From positions 1 through 59,968 of IMG/VR virus record IMGVR_UViG_3300034071_001219: DNA of 59,968 bases. One strand, written 5' to 3'. This document shows, piece by piece, positions 30,193-38,401 of the stretch. Positions within the stretch are counted from its first letter, which is position 1. Each line of letters starts with the position of its first letter. Origin of the DNA: a virus (taxonomy: Duplodnaviria > Caudoviricetes). The position numbers and the translations under genes were made by a program. The notes under the pieces are model-generated. The model did no database searches and was not told where the DNA came from. It was given only the letters and a program-made list of their open reading frames with translations.

Positions 30193-31356
30193 TTAGATAT
30201 TGTCAAGTATATCAGATAATACTTTCATTTGCTGTGATGTTACGAAGTGATTATTCCCAACATATACGCCACTAGTATGTAAAGTCTCCACATTCAGACT
30301 TTCTTTTTGAGTGCAAACTTCATACTTTTTAAAGGCAGGATGCCTTAGAAGGTTTCCACTCACGATTGGTCTATGTTCAATCTCCCTAGAATCAAAGATT
30401 TCTTTCAGTTTATTCATATTATTTGAATCTTTGCAAATGATTGGGAAACAAAAACTACTATTTCCCTGCTTATATTCTGGAGTATAAAACTTGTGAGAGT
30501 TGCGAGCAATAGAAAGACAAAAATCTTTATAGTTTCTTCTACGGATTTCAATCATACCATCAAGTCTCTTTAACTGAGACAACCCCAGAACAGCACAGAC
30601 TTCATGATTTCTAAAGTTATATCCATCAGTCATAAACAGAAACTGTTTTGAAATATCAGGATTTTCCTTTATATACTGTTGGAATCTTTCGGGACTAGAT
30701 TCTCTTGCCATTCCATGACTGCGCTTCATTCGCATCAGTTCATACAGATCTTTATTATTTGTACAAACCATACCACCTTCAATCGTGGTCATGTGATGTC
30801 CGAAGTAGAAACTAAAAGTAGAACCTAAAGAATCTTTTCCTCTACGCACACCTTCATTATTTTCCACACCATGAGACTCGCAAATATCTTCAAGAATAAG
30901 GGCATTTGGAAATAACTGCTTATACTTTTCAACATTTGCTGAAATACCAAGGAGATGAGTGATGAAGATTGCTTTTACATCTGGATGCTTTTTTGCAATA
31001 TACTGAAGATCATCTTCATCAAAACTAAAATTGCGAAGATTGACATCGCAGAAAATAGGAGTAAGTCCAGCCTGAATAACTGGAGCAACATTCGTAACCC
31101 AAGTACAGGCAGGAACGATAACCTTATCACCATCTTGCAGGTTATAGAGTTCTTTAACTGAAGAAATCAGAAGGGAGTTTGCAGTACTACCAGAGGAAAC
31201 ATAAAGTGAATAATCACAACCCAACCAGTTCGACCATTCCTTCTCAAATTCTCTCACTTTTGGTCCGTTTGTTAAACGACTTGTAAAGAGAACAAACTTT
31301 GCCATTTTTAAACGATCGGCAAGAGTGATCGTATCTTTCATTAGTGGCCAATACAT
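30193..31356 (-). CDS. DegT-family PLP enzyme, ColD-like (GDP-4-keto-6-deoxymannose 3-dehydratase)
   Basis: SSGSTAN, EDICESHG, SFYFGHHMTTIEGG and GYNFR motifs. Confidence 0.82.
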   Translation of the reverse strand: MYWPLMKDTITLADRLKMAKFVLFTSRLTNGPKVREFEKEWSNWLGCDYSLYVSSGSTANSLLISSVKELYNLQDGDKVIVPACTWVTNVAPVIQAGLTPIFCDVNLRNFSFDEDDLQYIAKKHPDVKAIFITHLLGISANVEKYKQLFPNALILEDICESHGVENNEGVRRGKDSLGSTFSFYFGHHMTTIEGGMVCTNNKDLYELMRMKRSHGMARESSPERFQQYIKENPDISKQFLFMTDGYNFRNHEVCAVLGLSQLKRLDGMIEIRRRNYKDFCLSIARNSHKFYTPEYKQGNSSFCFPIICKDSNNMNKLKEIFDSREIEHRPIVSGNLLRHPAFKKYEVCTQKESLNVETLHTSGVYVGNNHFVTSQQMKVLSDILDNI

Positions 31357-31372
31357 ATCTTATTCCTCCGTA

Positions 31373-32386
31373 TCAAAACCGCAACTCATTCAAGCACATA
31401 TCTCGCACAAGTTCATCAAAACTAATCTTTGGTTCCCATCCCAGTTTTTCTCTTGCTTTTGACGAATCACCAATCAATGTATCAACTTCAGATGGACGGA
31501 AATACTTTTCACTGACTCGGATTACAACTTTGTCACTTACAGTATCAATACCAACCTCATCAAGACCTTCACCTTCCCAACGAATATCCATACCAAAGTA
31601 AGGAGCACACTTTTCAACAAACTCACGAACAGAATGCTGCTCTTCAGTTGCAATCACATAATCATCAGGTTCATCTTGTTGAAGCATTAACCACATAGCA
31701 TCAACGAAGTCTTTTGCATGTCCCCAATCACGTTTTGCATTTAGATTGCCCAGTTGAACACAATCAAGAAGACCTGATTTGACCTTGGAAAGTCCGATCA
31801 CAACTTTACGGGTTACAAAAGTTTCACCACGACGGGGAGACTCGTGATTGAAAAGAATCCCAGAACTTGCATGAATACCCATCGATTCACGATAGTTTTT
31901 AGTAATCCAATGCCCATAGAGTTTTGCTACACCATAAGGAGAGCGTGGATAGAATTGAGTCGTTTCCCTTTGAGGAATTTCTTGGACCAATCCAAACATT
32001 TCCGAAGTCGATGCTTGATAGAAACGGACATCATTCTCCATTCCAAGAATACAAAGACTGTGCAAAATCCTTACTGTACCAAGTGCATCAACTTCAGCAG
32101 TGTATGCAGGCATCTGAAAGGAAACTTTTACATGACTTTGCGCAGCAAGATTATAGATCTCAGTTGGTTTAACATCACTAATAACGTGAAGAATATTAGT
32201 TGAATCGGTTAAGTCGGCATGATGTAAAATAACATCAGAGGACAAATGATCAATTCTGGTATTATTGATCGTGGAACTCCTTCGTATAGTTCCATGAACT
32301 TCATAACCTTTGGATAAAAGAAGTTCTGCAAGATATGATCCATCTTGTCCAGTAATTCCAGTAATAAGTGCTCTTTTCATACGCAA
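31373..32386 (-). CDS. gmd: GDP-mannose 4,6-dehydratase
   Basis: [30 protein letters not shown] and [10 protein letters not shown] motifs. Confidence 0.97.
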   Translation of the reverse strand: MRMKRALITGITGQDGSYLAELLLSKGYEVHGTIRRSSTINNTRIDHLSSDVILHHADLTDSTNILHVISDVKPTEIYNLAAQSHVKVSFQMPAYTAEVDALGTVRILHSLCILGMENDVRFYQASTSEMFGLVQEIPQRETTQFYPRSPYGVAKLYGHWITKNYRESMGIHASSGILFNHESPRRGETFVTRKVVIGLSKVKSGLLDCVQLGNLNAKRDWGHAKDFVDAMWLMLQQDEPDDYVIATEEQHSVREFVEKCAPYFGMDIRWEGEGLDEVGIDTVSDKVVIRVSEKYFRPSEVDTLIGDSSKAREKLGWEPKISFDELVRDMCLNELRF

Positions 32387-32399
32387 AATATTTTTCTAT

Positions 32400-32436
32400 A
32401 TTATACAAAAAAAGAGGAGTTTATGCAACTCCTCTT
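32400..32436 (-). terminator. Intrinsic terminator overlapping a sigma70 promoter for gmd
   Basis: AAGAGGAG-loop-CTCCTCTT plus U tract; TTGCAT-17-TATAAT overlaps it. Confidence 0.7.
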
Positions 32437-32444
32437 ATGTAACT

Positions 32445-32590
32445 CAGGCTCGCCACCAATTCTTTGACTGGAAATTGGAAACCAGGCGGGAGAGAGTCCC
32501 ATCCGCACCACTTGCTCTTAGGAGAAGCAAGAAACTCATAATAGGGTCATATTGACTCCACCACTTAGTTTTAAGAAACTAAGAAAAGTT
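32445..32590 (-). ncRNA. Structured RNA with tandem UUUC-stem-GUGGYG modules (wcaG/manA-like cyanophage RNA)
   Basis: Three hairpin modules, each followed by GUGGUG or GUGGCG, upstream of gmd; family assigned from recall only. Confidence 0.6.
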
Positions 32591-32798
32591 GGGATAGTTT
32601 TGATATCTCGGAAATACCAAAGAATGCTATCAGAAATAACACATCCCAAAGTTTAAGTTTGATTGCAAAAGGAATACCGAGCAGACCTCCAATAAACTTT
32701 ATAATCAAACCATTTTTAAAATCTCCCCATAACATGATTTGGTAACCAAGTAAGAGGAGAAAGTTCCCGATGTATCTCAGGAGACTTGTTTTAGACAT
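32571..32798 (-). CDS. Small membrane protein
   Basis: 75-aa hydrophobic ORF lying between RNA modules. Confidence 0.6.
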   Translation of the reverse strand: MSKTSLLRYIGNFLLLLGYQIMLWGDFKNGLIIKFIGGLLGIPFAIKLKLWDVLFLIAFFGISEISKLSQLFLVS

Positions 32799-32845
32799 TA
32801 GGGGTTTGCTCCCGACCAGTGCTGTTATAGACCATCCGTGTCTAT

Positions 32846-33097
32846 TTACTCATCATCGTCTTTTACATAGCAAGGAACTCGATCTGGATCTAACCAACAT
32901 GTATAATCATAATCTTCCATGGCAGTCATCAACTGCATTTCATTATCACAAAGATACATATCACGATATCTTCCAGTATATGAGTCTACCTTTTGAATGC
33001 GATAATCAGGTTTTCCATTGATTTCTAAAATCCCAACTTGAACATAACGATAGGGAAACCGTTCCATAAGAACGGTTGGTTTCCTGATTACTTTCAT
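32846..33097 (-). CDS. Cyanophage hypothetical protein
   Basis: 83-aa ORF (ERFPYRYV...Y.DMYLCDN) coupled to the upstream ORF. Confidence 0.75.
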   Translation of the reverse strand: MKVIRKPTVLMERFPYRYVQVGILEINGKPDYRIQKVDSYTGRYRDMYLCDNEMQLMTAMEDYDYTCWLDPDRVPCYVKDDDE

Positions 33098-33312
33098 CCC
33101 GCTACTTCAACTGATTCAAGATCTGCAAGAACATATTCCATAAGCATTTCATAGTCATCTAGAGGATCACCAGAGAATACTACACCTTCGTTTTCATAGT
33201 ACCGACGAACCTTTTTGTAGAGTTTCGGATTCTTCACATCAAGGTAGAACTCGCCGTTTGCCGCACCACGAAGGGTTTGAACGTCTTTCTTGAATTTTGC
33301 TGTAAGAGTCAT
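33094..33312 (-). CDS. Cyanophage hypothetical protein
   Basis: MTLTAKFKKD... downstream of a TTGACT-17-TATAAT promoter (33363-33335). Confidence 0.75.
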   Translation of the reverse strand: MTLTAKFKKDVQTLRGAANGEFYLDVKNPKLYKKVRRYYENEGVVFSGDPLDDYEMLMEYVLADLESVEVAG

Positions 33313-33389
33313 TGTTTTGAATGTTGACCTTAGTATTATAAGGGTTTGACTTAAAGAAGTCAAGATGGACCGGTGCCAATCTGTCCCAG

Positions 33390-33462
33390 TGCTCGTTGTG
33401 GGGAACGATCCCACCTATGCCGATTTATGAGATCGGTGCATTCACCAGATTGCTAAACGAGC
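33390..33462 (-). tRNA. tRNA-Met/Ile2 (CAT)
   Basis: Cloverleaf, loop CTCATAA; atypical T-loop ATCGTTC. Confidence 0.85.
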
Positions 33463-33466
33463 AAGG

Positions 33467-33554
33467 TACGAGTGGGTGGATTCGAACCACCTCAAAGCCG
33501 CTAATCTGGCGGAAAGAGTTTATAAGACTCCTCTGACTACCAAGTCTCACTCGC
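33467..33554 (-). tRNA. tRNA with TAT (Ile) anticodon, long variable arm and minimal D-loop
   Basis: Acceptor GCGAGTG/CACTCGT, loop CTTATAA, V-arm CCGC/GCGG, T-arm GGTGG-TTCGAAT-CCACC. Confidence 0.8.
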
Positions 33555-33593
33555 ATAAATCCAGATCTATTGTAGCGGATCTGGGGCGCTCTG

Positions 33594-33824
33594 TCAACTA
33601 CCTTCTTCGTGATCGGTGTGTATTCGTATTATATCATCGCTCACACCAAAATCTTCAAAGACCTGTACTACTTCTCTATATGGTACAATGACTGCGTTAC
33701 CATGCTCACTCGTTATGACAAACGATTCACCATTTTCAACTCTTCCTATCAGAGTATCAAAATCTGCTTGAAATTCTTCGACTGTAAATTTTTGGAGATC
33801 TGAAAGTTCTGAATACATTTTCAT
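33594..33824 (-). CDS. Phd/YefM antitoxin-like protein
   Basis: FTVEEFQADFDTLIGRVENGESFVITSEHGNAVIVP resembles the Phd N-terminal domain. Confidence 0.55.
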   Translation of the reverse strand: MKMYSELSDLQKFTVEEFQADFDTLIGRVENGESFVITSEHGNAVIVPYREVVQVFEDFGVSDDIIRIHTDHEEGS

Positions 33825-33841
33825 AAAGTTACGTTTTATGA

Positions 33842-33917
33842 TCGGAGTATTCGGATTTGAACCGAAATTATTCCTGCTCCCAAAGCAGGTGCCATGACCA
33901 AGTTAGGCGATACTCCG
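33842..33917 (-). tRNA. tRNA-Pro (TGG)
   Basis: Cloverleaf, loop TTTGGGA. Confidence 0.93.
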
Positions 33918-34034
33918 TTATTTTGTTTTATGTATAAACATAATACCAGCAAAAGGAACGATTGTCAACCCACACCCGCATAAGAAAATAAAGAATGGAC
34001 TTGCTGCGAGTGCTTCAACGAGATGAAAAATCAT
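33918..34034 (-). CDS. Small membrane protein (38 aa)
   Basis: MIFHLVEALAASPFFIFLCGCGLTIVPFAGIMFIHKTK; ATGA coupling. Confidence 0.6.
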   Translation of the reverse strand: MIFHLVEALAASPFFIFLCGCGLTIVPFAGIMFIHKTK

Positions 34035-34234
34035 CTTCCCCTCCAGTTCTTGTATTCATAATACATGTATTGATCCACCGCGTCAAGCCCCGATAAAGGG
34101 GCATCAACTTCCCAGTATGACCACTCAATACAAAACTGTTTAATATGTATATCACTAGCAGTGGTCCTTACTCCATACATTCTTGAAAATGCAGATAAAG
34201 CAAAATGATATCTTTGTCTAATGTGCGGTTCCAT
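34031..34234 (-). CDS. Hypothetical protein, paralog of 35371-35577
   Basis: HFALSAFSRMYGV..FCIEW..LDAVDQY. Confidence 0.7.
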   Translation of the reverse strand: MEPHIRQRYHFALSAFSRMYGVRTTASDIHIKQFCIEWSYWEVDAPLSGLDAVDQYMYYEYKNWRGR

Positions 34235-34337
34235 TTCCTTTATAGTCTTCGGAATCATAGTATCCTCCTCGTGTTCCGAAATACAGTGTAGACAGTACAA
34301 AAGGAATAGCAACAAAAATAAGTGCTTTACCTAACAT
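34218..34337 (-). CDS. ndhP: NDH-1 subunit NdhP (39 aa)
   Basis: MLGKALIFVAIPFVLSTLYFGTRGGYYDSEDYKGNGTAH matches the NdhP FGTxxGxYDxxxYxGNGxAH C-terminus. Confidence 0.85.
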   Translation of the reverse strand: MLGKALIFVAIPFVLSTLYFGTRGGYYDSEDYKGNGTAH

Positions 34338-35370
34338 GATGTCCACCGAACATGTAACGCATTCCGTTCAGGATTTTTGCTCCGAACGATCCGAGATTGC
34401 GTGAGTTAAATCTTTCAAATAAGGCAGTAGTAATAACAGGAGCGGGAACCCCCAGATCCACAGCGGCAGAAACAGTCCAACGACCCTCACCGCTGTCGGA
34501 TACGCCTCCAGAGAACTGTTTAAGCTGACCATCCCTGCGTAGCACATCAGCAGTAAGGTCAAGTAACCAGCTGCCAACCACGCTACCACGACGCCATAAC
34601 TCAGCAACTTCAGCAACATCAATATCATAACAATAGGATTCTGGGTCTGCCATAGGGGCAACTTCTGCATCCCCTTCTCTGACATACTGAGCACCTGCAT
34701 TAGCGTTCTTGATGATGTTAAATCCTTCTGCGTATGCCTGCATAATACCATACTCAATACCATTATGCACCATCTTTACAAAATGCCCAGCACCTGGACC
34801 ACCACAATGTAACCAACCATATTCAGCAGAAGTTATGTCTGAGACAAATTGAGTCCTGGGGGCAGCATCAATTCCTGGGGAGAGGGCATTAAAAATACGC
34901 GAACAAGTGGAGACTGCAGTATCTCCGCCACCAACCATAAGACAGTATCCACGATCCAAACCATAAACACCACCGCTAGTGCCACAATCAATATATTGGA
35001 TGCCAAGTTTTGCCAGGCGTTCTGCCCTTTTCCGACTGTCTTTAAAATTGCTATTGCCATGATCAATAATAATATCTCCTTCGTCACAATATCGTAGTAA
35101 CTCATCAATTGTCTCCTCTACTGTTTCTGCAGGCACAACCATCATGAAGATGCCTGGACCATATTTGTCTGATACTCCACTTTGAGTATGTTTTACTACT
35201 TGAGCAAGGCTTTGTATAGAAGTTGTAACACCGTTAACATATCCGTTTTCGTATGCTTCTTGTGCTTTTTCATAGTTCCTACGATAACCCCAAACTTCTA
35301 TTCCTACCTTCATCATACGACGGGACATACCTTCACCCATTCTACCCAATCCAATTAATCCTACTTTCAT
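34327..35370 (-). CDS. gnd: 6-phosphogluconate dehydrogenase (short type)
   Basis: GLGRMG, DCGTSGG, GHFVKMVHNGIEY and DSGEGRWT motifs. Confidence 0.96.
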   Translation of the reverse strand: MKVGLIGLGRMGEGMSRRMMKVGIEVWGYRRNYEKAQEAYENGYVNGVTTSIQSLAQVVKHTQSGVSDKYGPGIFMMVVPAETVEETIDELLRYCDEGDIIIDHGNSNFKDSRKRAERLAKLGIQYIDCGTSGGVYGLDRGYCLMVGGGDTAVSTCSRIFNALSPGIDAAPRTQFVSDITSAEYGWLHCGGPGAGHFVKMVHNGIEYGIMQAYAEGFNIIKNANAGAQYVREGDAEVAPMADPESYCYDIDVAEVAELWRRGSVVGSWLLDLTADVLRRDGQLKQFSGGVSDSGEGRWTVSAAVDLGVPAPVITTALFERFNSRNLGSFGAKILNGMRYMFGGHHVR

Positions 35371-35577
35371 TTAATTCTCCCAGGATTCAAATTCTTTTCT
35401 AAAATAAGCATCTACTTTATTTAAACTATCCAAATGGATATTACACACATAATTATTTTCATCACACCATTCTAGCGCAAATGAATGCATTCTTTCATCA
35501 GATTTTACTCTAGGAACTCCATAAATTCTAGCAAAAGAAGACATTATAAAATGCCAACACTGATGTTCAGATTTCAT
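35371..35577 (-). CDS. Hypothetical protein, paralog of 34031-34234
   Basis: HFIMSSFARIYGV..FALEW..LNKVDAY. Confidence 0.7.
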   Translation of the reverse strand: MKSEHQCWHFIMSSFARIYGVPRVKSDERMHSFALEWCDENNYVCNIHLDSLNKVDAYFRKEFESWEN

Positions 35578-36233
35578 TTCTGATTTTTAATAACCTCTTC
35601 CCAATCTTTCTGAAAGAGTTCCAAACCCTTATCAGTCATAATGTTCTTATACATTGCCCAGAATACCACTGGGGGAATTGTAACAACATCAGCACCGCAA
35701 AGAGCCGATTGCTCCACTTGTCTTACATCACGAAGAGATGCTGCAAGAATTTGTGTAGATGTTCCTGAGTAATCAAATGCCTTACGAATGTTTTTGATAA
35801 GTTCAATTCCATCTACAGAATTATCCATCCAACGCCCAACGAATGGTGAGATAAATGTTGCTCCTGCTTTGGATACAAGAAGTGCCTGAGCGACTGAGAA
35901 CACAAGAGTTACATTAACTTGAATTCCTCTATCAGTTAGAAACTTACATACTTTAAGTCCTTCTACGGTACAAGGAACTTTAATTGTAACTGCTGGTGCA
36001 ATTGTATAAAATTGTTGTGCTTGTGAAAGCATTTCTTCGGCAGTATCTGCAACAACTTCTGCAGAAATACTTTCTAGTTTTGAAAAAGAATTTGTTATTT
36101 CTTCAATAACTTCATGAAGTTGTCTACCACTTTTAAGAATTAAAGTGGGATTTGTAGTAACTCCATCTAATAGTCCAGTCTCATACGCTGGTTTGATAAA
36201 TGAAACATCAGCAGTATCTAAAAAAATCTTCAT
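35574..36233 (-). CDS. talC: Transaldolase (TalC/MipB type)
   Basis: FLDTAD, GVTTNPTL, IKVP, NVTLVFS and SPFVGR motifs. Confidence 0.96.
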   Translation of the reverse strand: MKIFLDTADVSFIKPAYETGLLDGVTTNPTLILKSGRQLHEVIEEITNSFSKLESISAEVVADTAEEMLSQAQQFYTIAPAVTIKVPCTVEGLKVCKFLTDRGIQVNVTLVFSVAQALLVSKAGATFISPFVGRWMDNSVDGIELIKNIRKAFDYSGTSTQILAASLRDVRQVEQSALCGADVVTIPPVVFWAMYKNIMTDKGLELFQKDWEEVIKNQK

Positions 36234-36243
36234 ATACTATCTC

Positions 36244-36333
36244 CTATTGTGGATAAGCGTTATTTAATGCCAAAATAACAAAAAGACCAATAATTCCAAA
36301 AATAGTCATTGCCGAAAATATTGTGTTACTCAT
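36244..36333 (-). CDS. Small single-TM protein, NdhQ-like (29 aa)
   Basis: MSNTIFSAMTIFGIIGLFVILALNNAYPQ resembles the NdhQ SA..I.G.I..L..WAL..AY helix. Confidence 0.5.
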   Translation of the reverse strand: MSNTIFSAMTIFGIIGLFVILALNNAYPQ

Positions 36334-36439
36334 CCTCTTCGTCCTCATAAGTTGAAGGTTCTTCAAATAACTCATCTATCTTTTGTTGTAAAACTCTTCT
36401 TTGAAGTTCTTGTAAATCTTTTTCTGTAATTGTCCCCAT
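36326..36439 (-). CDS. Small acidic protein (37 aa)
   Basis: MGTITEKDLQELQRRVLQQKIDELFEEPSTYEDEEDE; TAATG coupling. Confidence 0.55.
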   Translation of the reverse strand: MGTITEKDLQELQRRVLQQKIDELFEEPSTYEDEEDE

Positions 36440-36642
36440 TAGTTTAAAGTAATTTTAAGAAATGGAAGTAAAGGTGGAATAACACCAATCAACCTTAAAA
36501 GTCCTTCAGCAAATAAAGCAAGAACCACCCAACCGACGCACATGCTAATGATAGAAGCATTACGGTTGTGTCGTCGTATAGCAGCATCAATCATCTCCTG
36601 AACTTCTGAGCGTGTAATAAATTCTTCTTGTTCGTGCATCAT
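36439..36642 (-). CDS. Small membrane protein of cyanophage type
   Basis: EVQEMIDAAIRRHNRNASIIS followed by a TM segment. Confidence 0.7.
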   Translation of the reverse strand: MMHEQEEFITRSEVQEMIDAAIRRHNRNASIISMCVGWVVLALFAEGLLRLIGVIPPLLPFLKITLN

Positions 36643-36788
36643 TTCTCATCTCCAAGAAACTTTGCAAGAGGATCTTTCTTAGTCTTCACAATTTCAACTG
36701 CTCTCTTATAGAACATATTGTCTGTATTACCAGAAGATTCAAAAGTTACCTTAATCTTCACCCAATTCTCATAGGTGTGTTGGTCCAT
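36639..36788 (-). CDS. Small hypothetical protein (49 aa)
   Basis: MDQHTYENWVKIKVTFESSGNTDNMFYKRAVEIVKTKKDPL; ATGA coupling. Confidence 0.65.
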   Translation of the reverse strand: MDQHTYENWVKIKVTFESSGNTDNMFYKRAVEIVKTKKDPLAKFLGDEK

Positions 36789-36901
36789 AAATTTGTTCTT
36801 GGGACATTATTATATAATAATCACAGACATTCTACAGTCAACATTTTGTGTTCATATCGTAACACTGTTGAAGGAATTGTTAAATTTGTAACTTATCTTA
36901 A

Positions 36902-36988
36902 CGGAAGGTGGGAGAGTCGAACTCCCAAGGGCTTTAACACCTCAACGCTTTTCAAGAGCGGTTCCGTCGCCAATCGGATTGACCTTCC
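36902..36988 (-). tRNA. tRNA-Ser (TGA)
   Basis: Class II cloverleaf, loop CTTGAAA. Confidence 0.93.
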
Positions 36989-36997
36989 AGAAAGTTC

Positions 36998-37255
36998 TTA
37001 ACGAACTTCAAAATCAAGACGCTTAACTTTACGCTGGCGTCGTGCTTCTTGCCAAGCAATATCTTGGGAAGTTAGAACACATTTGCTTTGATTTTGTTTT
37101 AATGAGTTTAACATTACAACTTGAGATAAGTCAAGTGCTGAAATCTTATCTCCACGAATTGTTGTCATATTTGAACAACCACATGTTATTGTTTTTGTTG
37201 GATGCCCTTCAATCTCCCGGTTACAGGAGCGGCACCTGATTTTTAAGTTTTCCAT
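36998..37255 (-). CDS. Cys-containing hypothetical protein (zinc-ribbon-like)
   Basis: CRSC...CGC motif. Confidence 0.7.
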   Translation of the reverse strand: MENLKIRCRSCNREIEGHPTKTITCGCSNMTTIRGDKISALDLSQVVMLNSLKQNQSKCVLTSQDIAWQEARRQRKVKRLDFEVR

Positions 37256-37263
37256 AATCTCAA

Positions 37264-37770
37264 CTATTCTTCTATAGTCTCTTGTACTTCTTCAGAGATT
37301 TCTTCTTCCAATTCTTCTTGAACTTTTTTTGAACTTGTATCTGAAAATGAACGGAGCATCCAAATAAATTTGCCGTGAGACTCCATTAAATCTTGAACCA
37401 GATTTGCTGTAGCATACGACTTTTGTTCTTCTGCTTCTTCAGATATTTTGACCATCATATCACAAAAATCAATATTAGACTGAAGAAGGTCAGAAATCAT
37501 ACGTTCAGCATTCGCAGAACTTGATGCTTCTTTAATTTTAGATACTTCAAGAATACGATTTAAACTACTTAAAGGTTTTACGTTCAAGTATCTCATATGC
37601 TCCGAGATCCTATCAAGTTCTTCGAAGATAGTCTCATACTGACCACCAAAAAGAGTATGAAGTTGTTGAAAGTCTTTTCCAACAACATTCCAATGATAGA
37701 CCCAAGTTTTATGAAATAGCACAAAAAGTGATGCCTGAGCATCACTTAAGAGTTTAAACAGTTTTTCCAT
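37264..37770 (-). CDS. dps: Dps / ferritin-like DNA protection protein
   Basis: HWNVVGKDFQQLHTLF, ELDRISEH and H.KFIWML motifs. Confidence 0.92.
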   Translation of the reverse strand: MEKLFKLLSDAQASLFVLFHKTWVYHWNVVGKDFQQLHTLFGGQYETIFEELDRISEHMRYLNVKPLSSLNRILEVSKIKEASSSANAERMISDLLQSNIDFCDMMVKISEEAEEQKSYATANLVQDLMESHGKFIWMLRSFSDTSSKKVQEELEEEISEEVQETIEE

Positions 37771-37798
37771 TATACTCTTTTTCAAGTATTTATGCAAG

Positions 37799-37870
37799 TG
37801 GGCAATATCGGATTCGAACCAATGACCGTCTGCGTGTAAAGCAGCTGCGCTACCGCTGCGCCAATCGCCC
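37799..37870 (-). tRNA. tRNA-Val (TAC)
   Basis: Cloverleaf, loop TTTACAC. Confidence 0.93.
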
Positions 37871-37873
37871 AGG

Positions 37874-37945
37874 CTCCCCCGACAAGATTCGAACTTGTGA
37901 CCTGGAAATTAACAGTTTCTCGCGCTACCGCTGCGCCACAGGGGA
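37874..37945 (-). tRNA. tRNA-Asn (GTT)
   Basis: Cloverleaf, loop CTGTTAA. Confidence 0.93.
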
Positions 37946-37953
37946 ATGTTCTA

Positions 37954-38163
37954 TTACTTAGAACTTACAAAATCATTAATCGTTTCTGCTTGCTTAAGAA
38001 CATCTTGTAGAGTTGGAAACTCTGGATAATCCATCTTCACAGTATTTGCAGAATTTGCATTCCAATAACGAGCAGTATCCATTTCAATACTGAACTGGTC
38101 ATTTAGCATATTATATGCTTGCTTAAAGATTTCAAAACGAAGTTCGTAAGGTGTCATAGTCAT
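37954..38163 (-). CDS. Phage hypothetical protein
   Basis: TPYELRFEIFKQA...FPTL.DVL..AE.IN.FVS pattern of T4-like phages. Confidence 0.75.
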   Translation of the reverse strand: MTMTPYELRFEIFKQAYNMLNDQFSIEMDTARYWNANSANTVKMDYPEFPTLQDVLKQAETINDFVSSK

Positions 38164-38208
38164 AATTCTATTTGTGTGTCTGTGTGTTTAAAGAACCCGA
38201 AGGTTCAG

Positions 38209-38279
38209 AGCGGGTAACCGGAATCGAACCGGTGACTCCAACTTGGAAGGATGGCATTTTACCCCTAAACTATACCCGC
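38209..38279 (-). tRNA. tRNA-Gly (TCC)
   Basis: Cloverleaf, loop CTTCCAA. Confidence 0.93.
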
Positions 38280-38319
38280 TTATAAGACAATCATAAACTA
38301 TTTAAGTTTGATTGTCAAG

Positions 38320-38401
38320 TGTCGATGAAGGGACTTGAACCCCCACGTCCGAAGACACTGGAACCTAAACCCAGCGCGTCTACCAATTCCGCCACATCGA
38401 C
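38320..38401 (-). tRNA. tRNA-Leu (TAG)
   Basis: Class II cloverleaf, loop TTTAGGT. Confidence 0.93.

Noticed and set aside
36855-36895. HLR1/NtcA-like site upstream of the small-gene/talC operon
   Set aside because: The repeat period is 9 rather than 10 nt and there is no clean GTA-N8-TAC.
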